The notes below the pieces were generated by a model that worked only from the letters and a program-made list of their open reading frames with translations, did no database searches and was not told where the DNA came from. Positions 38,631-45,855 of a stretch of 64,000 nucleotides of DNA are shown here, piece by piece. Both the position numbers and the translations under genes were made by a program. The stretch comes from an uncultured Lachnospiraceae bacterium. Lineage in GTDB: Bacteria; Bacillota; Clostridia; Lachnospirales; Lachnospiraceae. The stretch is taken from positions 1,350 to 65,349 of the forward strand of contig CAJUSQ010000002.1 of the NCBI GenBank assembly GCA_910588885.1. The letters run 5' to 3'. Numbering within the stretch: position 1 is the first letter of the stretch; every line of letters starts with the position of its first letter.

Positions 38631-38960
38631 TCACCGGTTTCCCGCAGCCATCCTGTCTATTTCTTTCAAAAAAGCTTCCATTGTGTCCGCCCTGGACGCA
38701 CACTTCAGCAGTTTTTGCAGGATTCCTGTGTCAGAAATCCCCTGGATTTGCTCTTTTATTCCTCCCGTTACCGGTCCAAGCTCTGCGGCCAAATTCAATA
38801 TCGACTGCTGTATTCCTTGTTCTATTCCTTGTTCTATTCCCTGTTCTATTCCCTGGCGAACACCTTCTTGATATTCCAATTCCCGAATCAGTTTTAATTC
38901 TTTTTCTTCATCATATTCGAATATGCTCACTGAAATCGCCTCCGCCTTGTACTTTTCCAA
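38631..38960 (-). pseudogene. fragment resembling the C-terminal region of an Rpn/YhgA-like recombination-promoting nuclease (putative transposase)
   Basis: 109-aa ORF: FEYDEEKELKLIRELEYQEGVRQGIEQGIEQGIEQGIQQSILNLAAELG...ILQKLL...AFLKEI. The (E/Q)G(I/V)xQG repeats followed by a helical tail are typical of the C-terminus of that family. The nuclease N-domain is absent. Confidence 0.45.
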
Positions 38961-38966
38961 TTCCAG

Positions 38967-39870
38967 CTGTCCCTGGGCTTTACAAACTTGCTGAAAGTTC
39001 CTTCCGTCAAATAGGACTCCGTACGGGCCACCCGGCTGACAAAGGCGCAGATCTCCTCCTGATACTGATCCAGGTCTTCCTGATAAAAGCAGTACTCATA
39101 ACCATCCATCCGTCCAAAAGCCTTCAGCGTATCGTAATAGCCCAACCTACGGTTAAACTCCAGCACTTCCCGATCGAAGTTCAGCATGGTTCCCAAGGAC
39201 TTGCTGGGGGTAATATATTTTACATAGGGCTTATTCACATAGCCCGGATGCTGGGGTGTCGTGTGCAGATCCACTGCGATCACCTCATCCGCCCCCATTT
39301 TTAACGCTAAATCAATGGGCAGATTATCATAATAGCACCCGTCCAGATATAGGTCGTTCCCAATCTTATGCATGGGAAATACCGGAAAAATAGAAGAGGA
39401 TGCCATGATAAAATCTTTTAGCATTCCATAGGGAATTTCCTCTTTGGACAGCTCCATCGCCTTCAGAGAGAAAAACTGTACCGTCACAAGCACGTAATCC
39501 ACATCGGAGGCCCATACCTTGTCCTCATCGATCAATCGGTCAATAAAGGACAGAAAGGGCGAGATATCGGCCCCCTTGTTTTTGACATATTTTTTAAAAA
39601 CGGTCCAATGGCATCCCTCTGATTATACATTCCCTCAATAGTCGTACTCAGGTTCAGCCCGTCCGACATGATATCGCCTATCTCTATGGTATCCCAAATT
39701 TCACAGGCCCTTTCATACTCCCTGGTTGCCATCATCGCCCCGTTCACGGCTCCAATGGAGGTTCCGGTTGTGATCTGGTAGTCGATCCCCAGCTCCAGCA
39801 GCGCTTTTCAGACTCCTGCCTCATAAACACCCTTTGTTCCTCCGCCGCCTAATGCAATTGCCCTCTGCAA
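38967..39870. repeat. direct repeat copy B
   Basis: See copy A. Confidence 0.9.
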
Positions 39871-39876
39871 TCTCAA
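38967..39876 (-). pseudogene. patatin-like phospholipase, 5' ~900 bp only (copy 2): in-frame TGA, same frameshift, 3' truncation
   Basis: TTG 39876 / 39870 start region preceded by AGGAAG. Codon 21 is TGA (39808-39810) where copy 1 has TGG. The identical T5A6 frameshift is at 39590-39600. Homology ends at 38967. Confidence 0.8.
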
Positions 39877-40057
39877 TTCTTCCTATTCCGTTATTCCTAA
39901 TCGGCAGCTTTTCCAATACTTTGTACATATTTTAGCATATGCCTGTTTTTTTCACAATCATTTTTGCAGTTGTTGTAATTGAATTTGCTATATCAGGTGG
40001 AATATTTATTAGTTTTTTTATAATTCCTGTTTTATAATATAATTTTTTAAAATATTA

Positions 40058-40086
40058 TTGACAAATTATATAATATAATTTAATAT
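40058..40086 (+). promoter_or_regulatory. consensus-like sigma-A promoter in a ~20% GC tract
   Basis: TTGACA-17 nt-TAATAT, flanked by a 13-bp direct repeat tataatataattt (40033-40045 and 40069-40081). It would give a ~280-nt leader before ATG 40373. Confidence 0.45.
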
Positions 40087-40372
40087 ATAATTATTAAAAT
40101 TGTGTATATGATATATTAAATTTTTATATATTGTATTACAAATATTTTTTTTAAGGAGGGATGATAGTTTCTCCCGCGTAGCTATGAAAAAACAGCCATT
40201 AAATTTATCCGCCTTTCGCTGATAGCAGATCCTACATGGCTTAACTTGCAGAAGGCACATTTTTATATTTTTTGTACATATGCTACGCTGAAAACACAAA
40301 CCAAAGAAGAAACACCCTGCTCTTACCTCTGTATCTTCAGAACGCAGGGCAGAAAGGAGGATATGAAAATTC

Positions 40373-41374
40373 ATGAAAAAAAATTTTTTACCTATGTTGC
40401 TGCTCATTAGCTGTATGTTTGTACCGCTGTCTGCATCTGCATCCTTATTGTCTACAGAAGAGGAGAAAGATTTCAAAGATGTTGGAAAAGCTCTATCTGA
40501 AATACCTTTCATAGACAAATCGCAAACAGATACTTCAATACAAAAAAAAGAGTTGATTCCGGAAGATACCTCTACTGAAAAATTTATTTCGGAACACTCC
40601 ACAAATAATTCCGACATCGCTACGCTGGCCAATGGTGGGCAATGGATACAAGCTGCCGATGGCCGATGGTGGTATCAACATGCAGATGGATCTTATACCA
40701 CAAACGGTTGGGAATTAATAAATGGGAAATGGTATTATTTTGATGCGCAGGGATGGATGTTGACCGGATGGGTAAAGGTAAGCAATATTTGGTATTATCT
40801 GGAACCAACCGGAGAAATGCGTACTTCCCCTCTATATCATAATGGCAGTCATTACACCTTTTACAGTTCAGGAGCATTGCAATCTACCAAGTTAGGCGTT
40901 GTCAGGCAAAAGCAACAAATGGGCAACTGGTGCTGGGTCGCTTGCGCTGTAATGGTTGGAAGATATGACCTTCCGGCATCACAACAGACAATTACTCAAT
41001 CTGATGCTGTAAGAAAAGTAAAGGGTGGTGTCATTGATGAAGTGGGCAGTCCTACTGATAAAATAAAAGCTCTGGAGTATGTTTCTCATTATACAAAAAT
41101 CGGCATGTCTATTGGAAGCCCCGTAAACTTTGACGGAGCTGTTAATGGTATAGATCTTAGAAAACCATTTATTCTTTCTATGGGTTGGAATAGTGGAGGC
41201 GGACATGCGATTGTCTGTGCTGGATATTCTAAATCTACTCGTGAATTATGGATTATAGATCCAGCAAATAGCATACCAAACCAATATTATAATCTTGATA
41301 GCTTGATTAAAGGAACTAAAATCGCCTCTGGAACAGGAAAATATCGGAGTACCGTACTTTTCAGATATCCATAA
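40373..41374 (+). CDS. secreted protein: signal peptide + cell-wall-binding (CW_binding_1-type) repeats + C-terminal C39-like papain-fold cysteine peptidase domain
   Basis: MKKNFLPMLLLISCMFVPLSASA signal peptide. GWELINGKWYYFDAQGWMLTGWVKV repeats. Catalytic-like Q-x5-NWCWVACAVMVGRY, GGGHAIVCAGY and WIIDP. Confidence 0.7.
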   Translation: MKKNFLPMLLLISCMFVPLSASASLLSTEEEKDFKDVGKALSEIPFIDKSQTDTSIQKKELIPEDTSTEKFISEHSTNNSDIATLANGGQWIQAADGRWWYQHADGSYTTNGWELINGKWYYFDAQGWMLTGWVKVSNIWYYLEPTGEMRTSPLYHNGSHYTFYSSGALQSTKLGVVRQKQQMGNWCWVACAVMVGRYDLPASQQTITQSDAVRKVKGGVIDEVGSPTDKIKALEYVSHYTKIGMSIGSPVNFDGAVNGIDLRKPFILSMGWNSGGGHAIVCAGYSKSTRELWIIDPANSIPNQYYNLDSLIKGTKIASGTGKYRSTVLFRYP

Positions 41375-41395
41375 ACATTTAGGAGGACTAAATAT

Positions 41396-42382
41396 ATGAA
41401 AAAAAAATTGCATATTGTTGTATTATTAGTAATAATTTTCGGCCTAAGCACAAAATCTACCGTATTAGCTTTCAACATTGAAACTCTCCCCGAAAGCGAA
41501 GATTTTCAGGAGTTACAAAAACTGGAGAATCGTTTTCTGCAATGCGGCATGAATTTTGCATCTGGAGATACTATTCCTGAAGATTTAAGAATCGCTTATG
41601 AACTTGCAGTAAAAATAAGAATTGATACAAATATTTTCCTTTCTGATACGCTGTCCTCCGCCGAGTTGGAAAAAACTTTATCAGCAGCAGATTATATCTG
41701 GCAGGTTCCAGTCGAACTTCCTACCGGAGGGTATGTAATCTGTACCGTCAGTCGTGCACTTCCAATTGATGAAACAACGCAGCAAGAATTATTAGACCAG
41801 GGAATTTATACGCAAGAAGAATTAAGTGAGCAATTAGCAAAAACAGGCCAATGGGAAATTCCTGCTTACGGATATGATGAAACCGGAAAAGAATATATCG
41901 GCCATTTAGAGGATGCATCCAAAGAACAATACCACCCCGAAGATTCTGACATGGTTTATCTTCTGGGCGGAACTCCGAATTTCCGGCAGCCCTTTGGGCT
42001 ATGGTGCCGTGAGAACTCTTATCAGATTATATCTATCAGCGATAGTTCCGACCTGACATTGCAGCCAATTCCTGAAAACTCAGTATTGCTGGAAGAAACC
42101 ACAGAACAGCCCCAATCTGTTTCCTCCGATACAGATACCGGCAGCCCCAATCTATATTCCTTTGAAGAAGTACAAAAAGTTCTCTCAAACCTTCCTCCCG
42201 AACAAAACGGTTTAGACAGCGGTCTTGGTATTCACATGGGAGATCATACAGATGGCAATTCTTTTAAAGACTCATCCGGAAACATGCCGGTTATGATTTT
42301 TGTCGGAATTTCCGTATTATTCCTTCTTACAGTCGGCGCAGCATATATTGTCGTCCAAAAGAAACGAACAAGTAATCCGTAA
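41396..42382 (+). CDS. hypothetical surface protein (signal peptide + C-terminal TM anchor)
   Basis: 328 aa. N-terminal signal peptide, C-terminal MPVMIFVGISVLFLLTVGAAYIVV followed by QKKRTSNP. 21 nt after the peptidase gene, with GGAGG RBS. Confidence 0.6.
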   Translation: MKKKLHIVVLLVIIFGLSTKSTVLAFNIETLPESEDFQELQKLENRFLQCGMNFASGDTIPEDLRIAYELAVKIRIDTNIFLSDTLSSAELEKTLSAADYIWQVPVELPTGGYVICTVSRALPIDETTQQELLDQGIYTQEELSEQLAKTGQWEIPAYGYDETGKEYIGHLEDASKEQYHPEDSDMVYLLGGTPNFRQPFGLWCRENSYQIISISDSSDLTLQPIPENSVLLEETTEQPQSVSSDTDTGSPNLYSFEEVQKVLSNLPPEQNGLDSGLGIHMGDHTDGNSFKDSSGNMPVMIFVGISVLFLLTVGAAYIVVQKKRTSNP

Positions 42383-42390
42383 CTGAAAAG

Positions 42391-42437
42391 TGGCTACAAC
42401 CCCAGTAATTATGCGGGCTGTAGCCATCTTCTTTTTG
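42391..42437 (+). terminator. intrinsic terminator after the two-gene secreted-protein unit
   Basis: ggctacaaccc-N12-gggctgtagcc (10/11 bp) followed by atcttcttttt. Confidence 0.6.
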
Positions 42438-42550
42438 AAAATGACTTGTGCGTTTTTTTACTTCTTTTGTTTTGGTAGTTTTATAGTTTCGTATATAACA
42501 TAGTCGTAAATAAATATTTGGGAGAAAAAATCTCAATAAGGAGATAAACA

Positions 42551-43060
42551 ATGGAAAAATTTTATTTTGAAAGTATCAATCACAATTCAGCCATCTATGA
42601 GCCGATGATTGAACATATTACATTAAGAAAATATACTAATAATGATTATAACTTTGTTTATCAAGTGAAAAAGAATGCATATAAAAAATATGTAGAAGAA
42701 TGTTGGGGAGCATGGATAGAAGAAGACCAGCAAAAACATTTTGAAAATTTTATAAATCAGGTAAGAGAACATGCTTATGTCATACATTATGATAATAAAG
42801 ATATTGGTTTTTATAATGGAGAAGTATTAGAAAATGGTAATTACGAAATAGGAAATATATGCATTATTTCCGAATATCAAGGTAAAGGAATTGGAACTAA
42901 GATATTAAAAGAAATATTAGAAAAATATAACGATACTGATATAGAAATACAATATTTTAAACAAAATCCAGTTGGAGCTTTCTACGAAAAACTGGGATTT
43001 GAGAAATCCGGAGAAACTAATTTTCATTATCAAATGACTAAATCTAAAAATGTTACTTAA
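42551..43060 (+). CDS. GNAT-family N-acetyltransferase (~30% GC)
   Basis: 169 aa. Acetyl-CoA motif A: IISEYQGKGIGTKILKEIL. C-terminal NPVGAFYEKLGF. Confidence 0.85.
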   Translation: MEKFYFESINHNSAIYEPMIEHITLRKYTNNDYNFVYQVKKNAYKKYVEECWGAWIEEDQQKHFENFINQVREHAYVIHYDNKDIGFYNGEVLENGNYEIGNICIISEYQGKGIGTKILKEILEKYNDTDIEIQYFKQNPVGAFYEKLGFEKSGETNFHYQMTKSKNVT

Positions 43061-43160
43061 AAAAATAGTTCAATTTTTTCTGATTCCCAAATCATCGCTT
43101 TAGGTGCTGTTACCAAAAAAAACTGCTTCCTCTGCCATCACTCGCCGCCGCCCCGCAAAC

Positions 43161-43189
43161 TTGTATTTCCAAAAGATATATGGTAAAAT
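43161..43189 (+). promoter_or_regulatory. extended -10 sigma-A promoter of the ibrA-like operon
   Basis: TTGTAT-17 nt (ending TGg)-TAAAAT, 48 nt upstream of GTG 43237. Confidence 0.5.
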
Positions 43190-43236
43190 ATGGAAATATT
43201 GCTTACAAACATCGACAGCGAGAATAGAATTGCGAG

Positions 43237-44565
43237 GTGATCAGCACGAAAAGAGAATACATTAGTCAAAACGTCTATGAGGCTTTACAGGAACGGCTGC
43301 ATTACATTTTTCAGGAATTTGAAAATATCTATGTTTCTTTTTCCGGTGGAAAGGACAGCGGCCTTTTACTGAACCTGACTTTGGATTTTCAAAAAAAATA
43401 TTACCCCCATAGGAAAATCGGTGTCTTCCATCAGGACTTCGAAGCACAATACACCGTTACGACAGAATATGTAGAACGTACGTTCGAAAAAATTCAAGAT
43501 CAAGTAGAGCCTTACTGGGTATGTCTTCCTATGGCAACCCGTACCGCTTTAAGCAGCTATGAAATGTTCTGGTTTCCTTGGGATGATACAAAGGAGTCTT
43601 CCTGGGTACGCCCTATGCCGAATCATCCCTATGTCATCCATCTCAAAAACAACCCCATCACTACCTATCACTACCGCATGCATCAGGAGGATTTGGCCAA
43701 GCAGTTCGGCCGCTGGTACCGTATGTCCCATGATAACAAAAAAACCGTATGCCTGCTGGGTATACGGACAGACGAATCCCTGCAGCGTTACAGCGGCATC
43801 CTGAATCGCCGGTACGGCTATAAGGGAACCTGCTGGATCAGCAAGCAGTTTAAGGACGTCTGGTGTGCCTCTCCCATATATGACTGGTCTTTAAGTGATG
43901 TCTGGCATGCCAATTACACCTTTCATTATGATTATAACCGTTTATACGACCTCTACTACATGGCCGGATTAAAGCCGGATCAGATGCGGGTGGCTTCTCC
44001 CTTTAACGATTATGCCAAGGAAAGCCTGAACCTGTACCGGGTGATTGACCCGGCCATCTGGACCAAGCTGGTTGGCCGGGTACGGGGTGTAAACTTCGCT
44101 TCCATCTACGGCAGAACGAAGGCCATGGGATATCGGAACCTGACTTTGCCGGAGGGCCATACCTGGAAATCCTATACCAAATTCCTGCTGGATACGCTTC
44201 CTACCAAGCTTCGCAACAATTACATCAAAAAGTTCAATACTTCCATCGAATTCTGGCACAAAACCGGAGGGGGATTGGAAGAAAATACTATTTCAGAGCT
44301 TTTGGAACACGGATACAATATCCAGCGGAACGGTGTTTCCAATTATACCTTGTTAAAAAAATCCAGGATCATCTTTGTGGGCAATATCCCGGACCATACC
44401 GACGATATAAAATCCACCAAAGATATCCCAAGCTGGAAGCGCATGTGCTATTGTATTCTGAAAAATGACCACCTCTGCCGTTTTATGGGCTTTGGCCTGA
44501 CCCGGCAGCAGCAGCTTCGCATTAATATGCTGAAACAAAAATACCGCAGTATTGGAGATACCTAA
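43237..44565 (+). CDS. IbrA-like protein: PAPS-reductase/PP-loop ATP-pyrophosphatase domain + long C-terminal (DUF3440-type) extension
   Basis: 442 aa. PP-loop YVSFSGGKDSGLLLNL; LGIRTDES. The ~200-aa C-terminal region has no catalytic motif I recognise. Confidence 0.8.
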   Translation: MISTKREYISQNVYEALQERLHYIFQEFENIYVSFSGGKDSGLLLNLTLDFQKKYYPHRKIGVFHQDFEAQYTVTTEYVERTFEKIQDQVEPYWVCLPMATRTALSSYEMFWFPWDDTKESSWVRPMPNHPYVIHLKNNPITTYHYRMHQEDLAKQFGRWYRMSHDNKKTVCLLGIRTDESLQRYSGILNRRYGYKGTCWISKQFKDVWCASPIYDWSLSDVWHANYTFHYDYNRLYDLYYMAGLKPDQMRVASPFNDYAKESLNLYRVIDPAIWTKLVGRVRGVNFASIYGRTKAMGYRNLTLPEGHTWKSYTKFLLDTLPTKLRNNYIKKFNTSIEFWHKTGGGLEENTISELLEHGYNIQRNGVSNYTLLKKSRIIFVGNIPDHTDDIKSTKDIPSWKRMCYCILKNDHLCRFMGFGLTRQQQLRINMLKQKYRSIGDT

Positions 44566-44566
44566 G

Positions 44567-45094
44567 ATGAATAAAAGTCCCGTTTACAACGTTGTTTCCG
44601 TCCCTATCGAAAAAATCGAACCAAATACCTATAACCCTAATTCAGTAGCGCCTCCGGAATTCCAGCTGTTATACGACAGCATCAAAGAAGATGGTTACAC
44701 CATGCCGATTGTATGCTATTATAAAAGTGATACGGATACCTATATCATCGTAGACGGATTTCACCGCTATCGCATTATGTTGGATTATCCGGATATCTAC
44801 GCACGGGAAAACGGCCAGCTTCCGGTAGCCGTCATTGACAAACCCCTGGACCAGCGTATGGCCAGCACCATTCGCCACAACCGGGCCAGAGGCTCCCACA
44901 ATGTGGACTTGATGAGTAATATTGTAAAAGAGCTTCACGAATTGGGCCGTTCCGATGCCTGGATCTCCAAGCATCTGGGAATGGATAAAGATGAAATCCT
45001 CCGCCTGAAACAGATAACCGGTTTAACCTCCCTGTTCAAGGATGCACAATTCAGTTCTTCCTGGCTTCCCGCAGAGGAGGAAGAATCATTCTAA
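44567..45094 (+). CDS. IbrB-like ParB/sulfiredoxin N-terminal-domain protein
   Basis: 175 aa from ATG 44567 (GGAG 9 nt upstream; the ibrA-like TAA ends at 44565). IVDGFHRYRI and TIRHNRARGSH motifs of the ParB-like nuclease/NTPase fold. Confidence 0.8.
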   Translation: MNKSPVYNVVSVPIEKIEPNTYNPNSVAPPEFQLLYDSIKEDGYTMPIVCYYKSDTDTYIIVDGFHRYRIMLDYPDIYARENGQLPVAVIDKPLDQRMASTIRHNRARGSHNVDLMSNIVKELHELGRSDAWISKHLGMDKDEILRLKQITGLTSLFKDAQFSSSWLPAEEEESF

Positions 45095-45172
45095 ACATAT
45101 GTTCTTTTTATTTTACGATTTATGCGCTGTTCACAAAGCAGTAAAATATTGCCCCAAGAAAGGAGATTTTCT

Positions 45173-45709
45173 ATGTCAATCCAAGAATTTATTGCTTCCC
45201 ACAAAGACTCCCTGGGTATTCACGAGTATGCCTTCCTCTCCACCTCAGATTTGGTATTCTCACAGGATGTACGCCATTTATGCGAAATGAATTCCTGCGG
45301 ACAATACGGAACTACCTGGGCCTGCCCGCCGGGAGTCGGAACTTTGGAAGAATGTAAAAGCCGCATTTTAAAATACCAACATTTATTCGTATTCACAACG
45401 GTTCATGAGCTGGAAGATTCTTACGATTTTGAAGGTATGATGGAGGGAAAAGAACGGCACAATGCACTCTGCCCCAACATTGCCGAATCCTTTCGAAATG
45501 AGTATCCGGATCTTTTGATTCTTTCGGCAGAAGGCTGCAATCGCTGCAAAACCTGCACCTATCCGGATGCTCCCTGCCGTTTTCCGGACACTCTGTACCC
45601 TTCCATTGAAAGCTACTGTGTGGAGGTAAACCGCTTAGCGTCTACTGCAGGCATCCATTATATCAACGGGGAAAATACCGTTACTTATTTTGGATGTATT
45701 ATGTACTAA
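45173..45709 (+). CDS. Cys-rich predicted metal-binding protein (DUF2284-like)
   Basis: 178 aa from MSIQEF (AAAGGAG RBS). CEMNSCGQYGTTWACPP and CNRCKTCTYPDAPC motifs. Confidence 0.7.
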   Translation: MSIQEFIASHKDSLGIHEYAFLSTSDLVFSQDVRHLCEMNSCGQYGTTWACPPGVGTLEECKSRILKYQHLFVFTTVHELEDSYDFEGMMEGKERHNALCPNIAESFRNEYPDLLILSAEGCNRCKTCTYPDAPCRFPDTLYPSIESYCVEVNRLASTAGIHYINGENTVTYFGCIMY

Positions 45710-45730
45710 TTCTTTTCATGTATTTTCATA

Positions 45731-45772
45731 AAAAAAGCTTCCTGAACAGCAAGTGTTCAAGAAGCTTTTTTC
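45731..45772. terminator. bidirectional intrinsic terminator (convergent with glgB)
   Basis: aaaaaaagcttcctgaaca-gcaag-tgttcaagaagctttttt. Confidence 0.7.
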
Positions 45773-45855
45773 AAAAGACGGCCCCAGGAAAACAGATTTT
45801 GATTCCTGCCGGAACATTCCCGGCTCAAAAACCCGGCCCGAAAGCCCTTCCATTT

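Noticed and set aside
37310-39876. Patatin genes as the effector of a CBASS-like or other cyclic-nucleotide defence system.
   Set aside because: No cyclase/nucleotidyltransferase, SAVED/STING-type sensor or E1/E2/JAB accessory gene is adjacent. The neighbours are a proline-rich protein and degV, and both patatin copies are disrupted.
40140-40372. Tiny ORFs with strong RBSs in the peptidase leader: MIVSPA after AAGGAGG, MKKQPLNLSAFR, and a 15-codon ORF starting at 40364.
   Set aside because: They are too short to support as genes from sequence alone. They are mentioned only as possible leader peptides within the island finding.
40066-40632. 188-aa minus-strand ORF spanning the ~20% GC tract and the 5' end of the peptidase gene.
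   Set aside because: It starts inside the confident plus-strand peptidase gene and runs into a promoter-like AT-rich region. The Ile/Asn/Phe/Lys-rich translation is an artefact of AT-rich DNA.
39877-45100. Prophage or integrative element carrying the low-GC island and the ibrAB-like genes.
   Set aside because: No integrase, recombinase, phage structural gene, tRNA target or flanking att-like direct repeats could be found. It is treated only as an island of foreign composition.
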